Assembly: GCA_949358305.1 (NCBI GenBank)
Contig: OX442314.1
Span: 30,070,001 to 30,134,000 of the forward strand
Length of the DNA: 64,000 nucleotides
Source: Strigamia acuminata
Taxonomy: Eukaryota
Direction: 5' to 3'
The translations under genes and the position numbers were made by a program. Below are positions 1 through 12,300 of this stretch, in pieces (the first letter of the stretch is position 1; every line of letters begins with the position of its first letter). Below the pieces are notes generated by a model. The model had not been told where the DNA came from and made no database searches. It saw only the letters and a list, made by a program, of their open reading frames with translations.

Positions 1-120
1 GAAAAATAGTTTTTTACACATGAAAAATAGTTTTTTACACATGAAAAATAGTTTTTTACACATGAAAAATAGTTTTTTACACATGAAAAATAGTTTTTTA
101 CACATGAAAAATAGTTTTTT
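1..120. repeat. 21-bp tandem repeat (GAAAAATAGTTTTTTACACAT)n in an ataxin-3 intron; continues off the left edge
   Basis: About 5.5 near-perfect copies read directly. Confidence 0.9.
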
Positions 121-326
121 TACATTTTACACCTAAAATATTAATAGTTAAACAAGTTTTCTAATAAAAAAATTAAAATAATTATCAAAAAAATCAAATT
201 TTGGCACAAAACTGCATTTTTACAACCAAAAACTATACTTTTGTCCCTAAAACGACTAAAAAAAATTTTCTTCTCCGCCTCCTATCCAATCACACCACAA
301 AATCAACAAACAAACCCAATACTTAC

Positions 327-951
327 ACAGGATTAACATTTGCAGCTAACGCTAATGGATTCCTACTATTATATGGAATAAGTTCCAAATTCCACACTTT
401 AAGAGCACTGGCGATCACTTGTATAGAGAAATACCCGCTGTCATCCATGTTTATAGATGGTTGCTACACAAATTTAAAAAATCCAAACGTAAACAACAAA
501 ACAAAAACAAAAACAAAAACAAAAACAAATTGCATCATCATTTGATTACTTCTAAAAACTGCCGGTATTCCTGGCTGTGGATGCCGGCCTCAGCCATTCG
601 TAGCCGCTCCGCTTCGTCCATTTGTTGCGCTAACGTGGCCAAATCCACGGCCGTGAAATACTCTCCTTGTAACAGCACATTCAGGCAGTGCTGGGCGCAT
701 AGTGAACCATCTTGCTGGAAAAGATAAATGACACGAAATTAATGAAATTCTTTTGCTGCTTGATAGTGGATTTGGGAATCACCGAGTCATTTTGAATGGA
801 GTGAATAAATTAAGTGATTTTTGTGCTAATTTAGGGATATTGATGGATAAATGTTTTTAAATTGGATTATTTTGTCGTTTTGAGTGTTTTTCGATGAGTG
901 TTGTGGTTAGACAAGTCTCATTCGTACCTTTTCGTGAAAAATATACTCCAT
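327..951 (-). CDS. ATXN3: Ataxin-3 (Josephin-domain deubiquitinase), first three coding exons; gene continues off the left edge
   Basis: Exons 951-928 (MEYIFHEK), 714-550 (QDGSLCAQHCLNVLLQGEYFTAVDLATLAQQMDEAERLRMAEAG...), 463-327 (QPSINMDDSGYFSIQVIASALKVWNLEL...). All GT-AG and in phase. Matches the ATXN3 N-terminus including the catalytic Cys (SLCAQHCLN). Missed by the ORF track. Confidence 0.95.
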
Positions 952-1523
952 TTTGCTAGCATGATGTCATTTCCTGAGTGCTGCATCAGTATTCATTTTA
1001 AAATAAATTCTTTTACTTATTTTTGGTTTTATTTAAATTTATTCCGGTTTATTAAAAAAAATCGATTTAAAATTAGTGAATTTAGATGGTTAAATTTATA
1101 GTATTTTATTTTTATCAGTTGCTGACCAATCAGAGCTCAGATTTGATTTTGAAATGAAATGAATCAATAAAATGTGATTTCTGTTATTTCTTGCTTCTAT
1201 ATCACCCGAGATCTGAATGCTGATAGTCTAAAGAAGACCTGGTTTTTAAAAATCGATCAATTGGTCAGAAAATTGGTTTAATTTGTTTACACGTTGGCTG
1301 TTCTGGCTCCGGCATTCGAAGGAAGTGCGCGGAGAGATGGCTTCCGGTTCGGCAATTTTGTATCGCTAATGGAAATCCCAGTTCTTTATTTGCAAAATCT
1401 GGTCACCCTTAAATTAAGGCTCGCAAGCATTTGCTTGAAATAAATTTTAATGTATGCAAAATCCAAAACTGAAATTACAACCATTTTTTTTCATAACATC
1501 AACTGGCAATATAAACATTTGAT

Positions 1524-4500
1524 TTACAACCAAATGTCTGAGGTGCAATCCCCACCAGGATATCTCATTTCATTGGCCAACACTGGCCCGTTTGGTTCCG
1601 CACCAAAATCCAAAATAAATTTTTCGTTAAGTCTCAATCCGCCATCTTTTGTATCAACATCAATCTGCAGCATAACGCTTCCTTTTCTGAAAATAAAACA
1701 AAATTTAATCCAAACAAAAACTAAATCACTCACAGCGAATAATTACTTCATCATATTGGGATAAAATTGTTTATCGTAAGAAGAGTACAGAGATGTCGTC
1801 ACATAAAGGCGCTTTCCATCTAAGCTCAACTCTAGCATATGTGGTCCGCCTTCGACTGGAATACCTTGAACTTTCAATTGCTCAGGCTGTAAAATCAAAC
1901 AACTTAATCATTATTATATCAACACAAAAAAGAGGGAAAAGATTATACTTGTTTTTCAGGAGGATGAACAACAACAGGACCGTTAGTACACAGACTGCCA
2001 CTGATAAAAATCTGTCCCACAAGTTTGGGATTCTTGGTGACTTGGATGTCGTATTGACGGATATCACCGTGAAGCCAATTGCTGATGTACATGTACTTAT
2101 CATCCAGAGATATTACAACATCAACTATCATACCTGAAACGGCAAACAAACGACGCTGAAAAATCATTACCATTTTTCTAGACCATTTTTCCAGACATCT
2201 AGATCTTGCGGTTTTTGTGCTAAGTCAACAGTGGTGTCTAAAGTTTGTTTCTCAAAATCAATTGCTTGGATGTTGATGAATCTTATATGGAGAGGTTATA
2301 CTAAGGGTAGTTTTAATTCCAGACATCTAGATCATGCAGTTTTTGTGCTAAAATAGATATGGTTACAGCCTACTACAATCGAGCCTCGTTATAACGAATC
2401 ACAAAAGAGCCGAGAAATCGTTTTGTTATAATAACGAAAGTTCGTTATATCAAAATTTTTTAAATGGTGTTCAATGGCCAATCAACCAACCACGAGCCAT
2501 TTTTAAGTATTCATTATAACAAAAAATTTATTATATCGTGGTTCGTCGTAACGAGGGTCGACGGTATATCCTTATTTTTCTCACTTGGCATATGACCGAG
2601 TAACCAATTTGTTACATTCTTGGCAGGAATTGATATCACCGGTTTGGCATTCCACTTTTCATTCTAAAAACAAACAAAATAACTTACAAGTTAGTCAAAT
2701 GAAATTAGATAAACTGGTCAAAATACCTCCTTAAAGAAATGAACAATTGTGGATCCCAAAGCACATCCTACATAGCCTTCACTTGCATCTGGATTGTGCA
2801 GAAAGCGTATCTCTAATGGCATTGCACATTGAGACCCTAAGTCGATTGTTTCCAGCAATTTGTGCTCGCTCCAACTCCACACATTCAAGCTTTGTCCATA
2901 TAAGCCTTCGGCAACATGCTCCGGATTGAAGCCGCTCCTGAATGCTTTCGGTGCACCCCATTCAGTACTTATAAGAACATCGTGTCGTGGTTGATACCAG
3001 AAATCGTTACCAAACTTAATGCTTTCTTTCTCCCAGGTTCCTTTGAATTCGAATGTACTGCCATCCAGTAACACGAAACTTCCTATTAATTTAAGACAAA
3101 AAATATAATCGTCAATTATAGTCATCCTTTTTGTTGTGGCCCAATCTATCCAGATTTCCCGGTACTAAATTTGTTCCCAGTCCAGCCCTGGGTGCCCCTT
3201 GCCCGTGTCGTAATTGAGATACTTTTTGCGGCTTTACAACATTGGTTCCCGTTTACCGTAATCAACCTTTGCGTTGATTAAATTTCATTTTCTAACCTTT
3301 CGAGTTGCCGTCTTTGTCTCCCATTATACTTATCATGACATCACCGTTCGGAAGGCAGTGAGTAGTATGCGGCACACTGGAATTGCAACCGTGAAGTACT
3401 TCAGGTTCCACCACCTGTATTAAAATTTAAACTTCACCAAATGTTTTTTACTGTAAGATTAATTACCAGACCTTAAAGATGGAAGGGGCCTTTGGGTTAG
3501 TCATCGTATCGATCACATAAATACGGTCGGTGTTCATGCAAGGCATCACCAAGCGATCGCGGCTTTTTGTGGTATCTCCGAAGCACCCGCTGCAAGCATT
3601 CCATCCAAAATGATGCAATTCATCTCCTAGATTTGGCATAGGTAAGCGATGGATCACCTGTTAATTAAATTCATTACATGACACAAGAAGCTGCGTTCAA
3701 AAAGTTTTTTTCTGATATTGTTCAATGCGTGACTGTCAGGTGGTGTAAAAGCGTATCAAAAAGGCAAATTAGACTCTGTTGTCCCATTGGTCGAGCCAGT
3801 TTACTACTAACTCCAGACTGTATACTACTACTAGGAGAAGTAGTTTTGATTTTGATTTATTGTTGTGATTGTTATGACTAGTTTAGTTAATGTAATTTTG
3901 ATTTTTCTTATTAAAAAATGTTATTTCCATCATTGAAAAAAAATGTCAAACCCATGTTTGTTATGTTTATTGGTTACTATGTCTGGAAAGTAAACAATTT
4001 TGAATTTTTGGCAGTTGCCTAGGCAATCGATTACAATGTCTGTACATTGCTTGCACCGGATCACTCGAGGGGGGCGACATTCGACCGAATCTCTGACAAT
4101 GGCTTCCGAATCCCGCCCGAATCTTTCCGAATCCCACCCGAATCTTTCCGAATCCCACCCGAATCTTTCCGAATCCCACCGAATCTTCGAATCTCGAATC
4201 TTTAAGTTGTATACAAATCGAGAAAAATAAAAACAAAATTTATGATTAAAAAATGTAATAATATTTTTACAAGAAACTTCCTTGAAATTGTCCTTGAAAT
4301 TGTCCGTAAAATCATCATCGGAAGAAATTATACCTGCGCACCTCGCTGCGCGGTATCTGCGCATGCGCATTTACGATTTAGCGCGAACTTCAAATTAATC
4401 CCGGAATCGAGCCCGGAATTCATCATTGTTCGCAATTGTGATTGCATTTGATTGCGTGCTATTTTACCTCGTATTTTACCACATTTCACTAAGAGTTAAA

Positions 4501-6112
4501 ATTAAAATTAAAAAACATTCCCACTTCACTAAATTTATTTGAAAAAAATCATATGAATCTTTCTGAATCCCATCCGAATCCCGCCGAATCCCACCGAATC
4601 CCGCCGAATCCCACCGAATCCCATCCGAATCTCCCCGAATCTCATTCGAATCCCCCCCGAATCCCCCGAATCTATCCGAATCCCCCCGAATCCCAGCCGA
4701 ATCCCCCGAATCTTTCCGAATCTTTCCGAATCTTTCCGAATCTTTCCGAATCCCATCCGAATCTTTCGAATCCCAAAGAAGATTCGAATCTCTGACAAGC
4801 AGATTCTGATTGTCGCACCCCTCGGGATCACTACACCAGTAAACTGGCTCGACCAATGGGACTACAGAGTCTAATTTGCCTTTTTGACTGCAACTAGAGT
4901 ATAATAAGAGAATAAATCTCACTTCTGTTTAACATGCAAATGTAACACATGTGTCCAATTTTATCTCCAACCTCATCTTAGTGCAAATAACCCCATCCAA
5001 GCATAATCTCAACATTTTCAAACTGTTTGTATTTTAAGAATGTTATGTGCTGAAGTCCAACCCAATCAACATCCGTCCAAAATACAAACTAACAAAATGT
5101 TCTCCGGACACGCACTCGTAGACCAGTGCTTCTCAAACTACGCTAAGTCACGGTCCGGTATTTTTTAAACCAATGTTTCTCGGACCGGTATCACATTCAG
5201 TTGTGGTGAAATTGTGATGGACTAAGTAGTAATCTAACTAACTTGTAGACATGACACCCTCCTAGAATAGAGCACTAAAATTATTTTTTGCATACTTATG
5301 TAAAATTTTATGCAAAATTTTATGCAAAATTTTATGCAAAATTTTATGCAAAATTTTATGCAAAATTTTATGCAAAATTTTATGCAAAATTTTATGCAAA
5401 ATTTTATGCAAAATTTTATGCAAAATTTTATGCAAAATTTTATGCAAAATTTTATGCAAAAATTTATGCAAAATTTCTTTTTTCTACAAACAGCTTTTCA
5501 ATCTGGAGTGTCTCGCACTCCATTGGTCATTCTTGACCATTGTCTTATTTTGTGATGCTGCTACTACTGCCACCTACTTTGAATAAACATTCATGCAAAA
5601 TTTCTTACAACAACTGTCTCGTGTCTGACTTCCATCGAACCATCAAAGCACAAAACACACCACGATCCTTTCAATTTTTTTTGTACATTTTAGATTAAAA
5701 AAAAAAAGAAATTTAAAAAGAAATCATTTTGCGATCAGATAATAATTTTTTAAGCACAAACATATTGGAAAATATATTTTTGAACCATATGGGTAGGTCT
5801 GACAGAATGTTTGTTCTGGAAATTTGTTTTTTGTCTTTCGATAATACCTGTGAATAAGTGTCTGAGTCTGGATCCACATCCACAGTTGCTAAATAGTCTG
5901 GAAAAGACTTCTCCTCTCCAGGATTAATGCAAGACAAGTAAATTATTTTCTCAACAGGGCCCTTCATTGCAGCAATAGGTGACGCATAGCCTGGTCCATG
6001 GTTAGCTCCACGGCAACACGCATTATCAGCTGAAAACAATATTCTTAGAAATTATTAAATTCGAAGCAAGTTTCTTAAATCCAAAATAAATAATCATCTT
6101 GTGCTTACCCAT
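1524..6112 (-). CDS. SELENBP1: Selenium-binding protein 1 / methanethiol oxidase, paralogue A (9 coding exons, 470 aa)
   Basis: Exons 6112-6109, 6029-5848, 3657-3472, 3414-3297, 3082-2727, 2663-2585, 2133-1949, 1886-1747, 1686-1524, totalling 1413 nt in frame. Motifs [61 protein letters not shown]. Confidence 0.95.
3756..4887. mobile_element. Non-autonomous TIR element in SELENBP1-A intron 2
   Basis: ~50-bp inverted repeats TCAAAAAGGCAAATTAGACTCTG...CCAGTTTACT and AGTAAACTGG...CAGAGTCTAATTTGCCTTTTTGA. Absent at the same position in paralogues B and C. Confidence 0.75.
4066..4824. mobile_element. hAT-type MITE nested in the previous element, with subterminal CCGAATC-type repeat arrays
   Basis: TIRs CGAGGGGGGCGACA / TGTCGCACCCCTCG. 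Perfect 8-bp TSD GGATCACT (4058-4065, 4825-4832). Confidence 0.85.
5301..5475. repeat. 12-bp tandem repeat (TGCAAAATTTTA)n
   Basis: About 14 copies; source of the spurious HKIL/QNFM ORFs. Confidence 0.95.
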
Positions 6113-7947
6113 CTTGGGAATGCGATTCTATCGAGTATTAAGCAACGAAATGAGCAGGAGCGAATGAAACTAACGTTGAAGCCTAAGAGCCTAAGGTCGA
6201 GTGAGGATATAATGTTCCGTCATCACATCTTACAACGGTGGTTTCAAGGTTGAACGAGTTATTAGGTTTGGCCATTTGGAGAATTAGGTGTTCTTAGCTC
6301 TGATTGGCTCACATTTGATGTGATGTTAGTAGGCTACCAGCTGTGCTGATCAGTCTTTGAAAAACATTAGCTGCATTGAAAAATAAAAACAACAGTTTTA
6401 GTTTAATTGTATTTTAAATTTTAACATGGGTTTACACAGGAAATAATGTCATTTTTGGTTTAAAATCGATGTGAAACACAAAATATTTTAGTTTTTGAAT
6501 GCAGCTACTGATATTGTGTTCCAAATCCACAAATGTTACCAATACACCTCAAATTAATGATTTAACTTGTTCTGCAAATTTTGCAGGTATTTTTTAGGTT
6601 TGGAATTTCAATTAGGGTTATTTTTTTAACAAACAGGAATACGTAAAGGTTGATTATCACACTAGGAGAAATATAGATGTTAAAAGATGTAAAGTTACAC
6701 TTTTATAAGTGTAAAACACTTGTCCCTATACAGACTCCTTTTTTGAGTAAAATTACACCATTGAGGTTTAATGAACAGAAGGTGTAAATATTACACCTTC
6801 AAGCATTTACACCTTGTGGGTGTGATGGTACACTCTTAGGTGTAAACTTACTTCTTGAAACTATTTTCAAAAAAGGTGTAAGTAGATTCCATTATGTTGT
6901 AATATTACACTTTTGAAGTGTTGATTAACAGGTGTAAAAGAACTCTATTATGGAGTATAATCACACCTTTGAGATGTTAGAAAACAAGCGTAAATTTGCC
7001 CCACTATGGAGTAGAATCACACCCTACAGGTGTTCATTAAGAGGTATAAATTTACCCCATTGTGGAGTAACATCAAATCGTAGTGTTTGAAAACAGGTGT
7101 AAATGGCAAATAAAAGTAGTTGTTTTCGATGAATAAAATGTTTTTTTTTTTTATTATTTTTAAATGTACCAGTAATACAGTAAACAATTATTTAGTAATT
7201 GATGAAATAACTTTAATTAAGTAAAAAACGTTCGAAAAAATCAAAAAGATTCCAAAAAAATCCAAAAATTCGAAAAGCTTTTTAAAAAATCCGAAAAAAT
7301 TAAAAATAAAATAAAAAAAATTTTAAAAATTAAAATCTCGAATTAATTTGTAAAAAAAATGTACAAAAACACAACAAAATAATTAAAAACTACCGACTAA
7401 ACACACAAAACTCGATTCTCGACCTCGCTCGACGCTTTTCCTCGTCTCACTCGGAGCCGACTTTTTCTTATTAAACCAACTTCCCCTCGAATTATATCGA
7501 CTACTACTCCGATTTTCGAACACCATCATTCGTCTCTGCTCGCCCCACCGATCGAAATTCGCATTTTCCGCTCGAAATCGACCTTGTGGCTCTAAAAAAA
7601 ACAATTTTTAACCCAAACGAACAATAAAAAAAAATCCCTTTCCACTTTGACTTAGCAGTCTCTTAAACGAACTGACCGCCTCGGCGAGCGATGCGGCGCT
7701 GCGAGGGACTAATTCCTTCGCGTTGATGAACATTTCAATGTTTTTCTCCATCAAGAAGTTGTAGCAGAGGAAATGGTTGTGAAGAGTGATTAAAGTGAAA
7801 GAGAAAAACGCAAGTTATCAGTCCATATCGTTAAGAATGATATTGTCAGAGTCAATAGACTCTGATATTGTAGAGAAATAAGCCTAATCTGCACTCTCTT
7901 TGTTGCAAGTCATACGTTTTGTGGATTGTTGAGGATTCTGGCAACAG

Positions 7948-8600
7948 ATGGCGGAGACACTCACGAATATCTCCTCTTCAGCCACTGTAGTGGAGAGATT
8001 GACGGATAGGAATTATTTCCTATGGAAAACAAGGTTGAGAGCTGTTCTCAAGACCAAGGGGCTGTGGAAGACAGCAATTGAAGTCGGAGGACCGGAGAAA
8101 GGACGCCCGGGACAGGTGAATTACGCGCAAATGAAGGCGATCTGGGAATGGAGAAAAAGAATGATGATGTGATGGGAGTATTACTTTTATCATTGTCTCC
8201 GGAGCAGGTAGTACGGCATAGCACTGAGACAATATGCCAAACTAATATGGGAGAAGATAGAAGAGGACATGGGACCCAAAAACGAATACGAAAAGGTCAA
8301 GGTTGGAGTAGAGTTGGCCAAGCTGAAGATGGGTGACAAAGAGACTGTGGACAAGTTTCTAAATTGGGCTGATGCGATTGGGAACTCGACTGTTATGTCA
8401 CCCAAGGCCTGAGAGAGGAGTTCGAGTACACATATGCATTTTTGAGGGACAACCGGACATCACTTTGACCGTGGTGCGAGTGGCACTCAAATATGAAGAA
8501 ACAAGATTGGAAGGAAAGAAAAACGTCGAAATGAAGCAGAGAGTGCATATAGGGCTCGTCCACGAGGCAAGAGTAACATCGAATGCTTCAATTGTCACCA
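7948..8600 (+). mobile_element. Degenerate Ty1/Copia-like gag fragment
   Basis: VERLTDRNYFLWKTRLRAVLKTKGLW resembles the Copia gag N-terminal motif (L-x-x-x-NY-x-x-W...L...LW). Frame is broken by frameshifts/stops and no pol follows. Confidence 0.65.
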
Positions 8601-8965
8601 GGCTGAAGTTGGCACCACATTCACATTCACCCAAACTACAGATAGAACAAATCCCAATTTTTTTTACCACAGCTTTCAATGGTTTTTACACGAAAAGATA
8701 GAGGACTTTCTCCTAAACAAACCGTGAACAGCACAAGTCTCTACTCCTCTTAGTTTTCGAGCAGCAAGCATTTGAATATGACACAAAAAAGACTTGTACT
8801 AAATTTCTAAATCTGGTGCCACAACTTCAAACCCCAATATCCAAACAACCTAATCACGGATTTTTTTATTAAAAAAATCAAACGATATAGAGGACCTTCT
8901 CTACAAACCCTGAAAGGCAAAACACTCTACCCCTCTTAGTTTTCGAGCGGCGGACACTTAAACAT

Positions 8966-9253
8966 TGGATGGGGAGCCTGATGGGGAGCCTGGTGGGAGC
9001 CTGATGGGGAGCCTGATGGGGAGCCTGATGGGGAGCCTGATGGGGAGCCTGAGAGGGAGCCTGAGGGGGAGCCTGATGGGGAGCCTGATGAGGAGCCTGA
9101 TGGGGAGCCTGAGGGGAAGCCTGATGGGGAGCCTGATGGGGAACCTGCTGGGAAGCCTGCTGGGGAGCCTGCTGCTGGGGAGCCTGCTGCTGGGGAGCCT
9201 GCTGCTGTGGAGCCTGCTGCTGGGGAGCCTGCTGCTGGGGAGCCTGCTGCTGG
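8966..9253. repeat. GC-rich compound minisatellite: 12-bp (GGGAGCCTGATG) then 15-bp (GGGGAGCCTGCTGCT) units
   Basis: Read directly; abuts the 3' flank of SELENBP1-B. Confidence 0.9.
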
Positions 9254-9373
9254 TCACCCATAAATTAGAGCTCGCAAGCTTTTGATTGAAACAAATTTTA
9301 ATGTATACAATATACGAAACTGAAATTGCAACAATTTTTTTTATAACATCAACTGGCAATATAAGCATTTGAT

Positions 9374-12300
9374 TTACAACCAAATGTCTGAGGTGCAATC
9401 CCCACCAGGATATCTCATTTCATGGGCCAACACTGGCCCGTTCGGCTCTGCACCGAAATCCACAATAAATTTTTCGTTAAGTCTCAATCCGCCATCTTTT
9501 GTATCAACATCAACCTGCAGCATAACGCTTCCTTTTCTAAAAATAAAACAAAATTTAATCCAAACAACAAGTAAATCACTCATTGCGAATAATTACTTTG
9601 TCATATTGAGATAAAATTGTTTATCGTAAGAAGTGTACAAAGATGTCGTCACATAAAGGCGTTTTCCATCTAAACTCAACTGTATCATCTGTGGTCCTCC
9701 TTCGACTGGAATACCTTTGACTTTCAATTGCTCAGGCTGTAAAGTCAAACGATTCAATCATTAATATACCAACACAAAAAAAGAGGGAAAAGATCTTACT
9801 TGTTTTTCAGGAGGATGAACAACAACAGGACCGTTAGTACACAGACTGCCACTGATAAAAATCTGTCCCACAAGTTTGGGATTCTTGGTGTCTTGGATGT
9901 CGTATTGACGGATATCACCTTGAAGCCAATTACTGAAGTACAAGTACTTATCATCCAGAGATATTAAAATATCAACTATCAGACCTGAAACGGCAAATAA
10001 TCGACAACAAAAAATTCATTATATTGCGGTTCGTCATAACGAGGTTCGAAAGTATATCCTTATTTCTCTCACTTGGCATTTGACCGAGTAACCAATTTGT
10101 TACATTCTTGGCAGGAATTGATATCACCGGTTTGGCATTCCACTTTTCATTCTAAAAACAAACAAAATTAGATAACAAACAAAATAAATTATATAAACTG
10201 GTCAAAATACCTCTTTAAAGAAATGAACAATTGTGGATCCCAAAGCACATCCTACATAGCCTTCACTTGCATCTGGATTGTGCAGAAAGCGAATCTCTAA
10301 TGGCATTACACATTGAGACCCTAAGTCGATTGTTTCCATCAATTTATGCTCGCTCCAACTCCACACATTCAAGCTTTGTCCATATAAGCCTTCGGCAACA
10401 TGCTCCGGATTGAAGCCGCTCCTGAATGCTTTCGGTGCACCCCATTCTGAACTTATAAGAACATCGTGTCGTGGTTGATACCAGAAATCGTAACCAAACT
10501 TAATGCTTTCTTTCTCCCAGGTTCCTTTGAATTCGAATGTACTGCCATCCAGTAACACGAAACTTCCTATTAATTTAAGACAAATAATATAACCGTCATT
10601 CAGTTATCCTTTTCTTGTGGTCCAATCTATCCAGAATTCTCGATACTAAATTTGTTCCCAGTCCAGCCTTGGGTGCCCCTTGCCCGTGTCGTAATTGAGA
10701 TACTTTCTGCGGCTTTACACCATTAGTTACCATTTACCGAAAGCAACCTTTGCGTTGATTAAATTTCATTTTCTAACCTTTCGAGTTGCCGTCGTTGTCT
10801 CCCATCGTACTTATCATAACATCACCGTTCGGAAGGCAGTGAGTAGTATGAGGCGCACTGGAATTGCAACTGTGAAGTACTTCCGGTTCCACCACCTGTA
10901 TTTAAATTTAAACTTCACCAAATGTTTTTTACTATAAGATTAATTACCAGATTAATTACCTTAAAGATGGAAGGGGCCTTTGGGTTAGTCATTGTATCGA
11001 TCACATAAATACGGTCACTGTTCAAGCAAGGCAGCACCAAGCGATTGCGGCTTTTTGTGGTATCGCCGAAGCACCCGCTGCAAGCATTCCATCCAGAATG
11101 ATGCAATTCATCTCCTAGATTTGGCATAGGCAAGCGATGGATCACCTGTTAATTAAATTCATTACATGACGCAAGAAGCTGCATTCAAAAAAGTTTTTTC
11201 CGTTGTTATATTGTTCGGTGTGTCACCGTCAGGTGGCGCACAAGCATATTTGAACATATATTATACAAGGTGTATCAGAATTCATGTTACACAGAAACAG
11301 GGGGTATAGAGAGAGACCAGGAGATCACATTTCCACTAATCAATTATTCCAAAAAAATTTCCCATTTTGTTACAACCTCAAAAACAATGGAAGATTTCAA
11401 ATATCGCGCCTCACGCATATCGCCCACATTTGCCAGGTTTTAGCCCAATTCTCAAATAAAAAGATACAAACCTATCATTTTAATGTTAAAGAATCACAAA
11501 AAAAAACCATAAATCCGGGAAAACTAAAAGAAATCATTTATGTAAAAGATTAATTTCCTTAAATTATTTACCAAGCTGTGCATTGATGCACATGTTGGAC
11601 ATGTAGAGCATCTCTTGTAATAAACTTCTGCTGTTGGCTACCGATTGTGTCTTTTTATTTGAGAATTACGCTTTAACCTGGCAAATGTGGGCGATATGCG
11701 TGAGGCGCGATATTTGAAATCTTCCATTGTTTTTGAGGTTGTAACAAAATGGGAAATTTTTTTGGAATAATTGATTCGTGGAAACGTGATCTCCTGGTCC
11801 CTCTCTATACCCCCTATTTCTGTGTAACATAAATTCTGATATACCCTGTATATCAGAATGTAACTAATAAGAGAATAAATCTCACTTCTGTTTAACGTGG
11901 AAATATAACACGTGTGTCCAATTTTATCTCCAACCAAATCTTAATGCAAATAACCCCATGCATCCAAGCATAATCTCAACATTTTCAAACTGTTTGTATT
12001 TTAAGATATACCGATATGTTATATTCCAAGGTCCAACTCGATTAATAATTACCGTCCAAAATACAAACTAACAAAATGCTCTCCGGACTCACACGAGACC
12101 AGTGCTTCTCAAACTACACAAAGTCACAAACCAGTATTTTTTAAACCAATGTTCAACCAATGTTCAACCAATGTTCAACCAATGTTCAACCAATGTTCAA
12201 CCAATGTTCAACCAATGTTCAACCAATGTTCAACCAATGTTCAACCAATGTTCAACCAATGTTCAACCAATGTTCAACCAATGTTCAACCAATGTTCAAC

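Noticed and set aside
3930..5555. Repetitive ORFs ([21 protein letters not shown])
   Set aside because: Translations of MITE subterminal repeats and microsatellites that are open in several frames.
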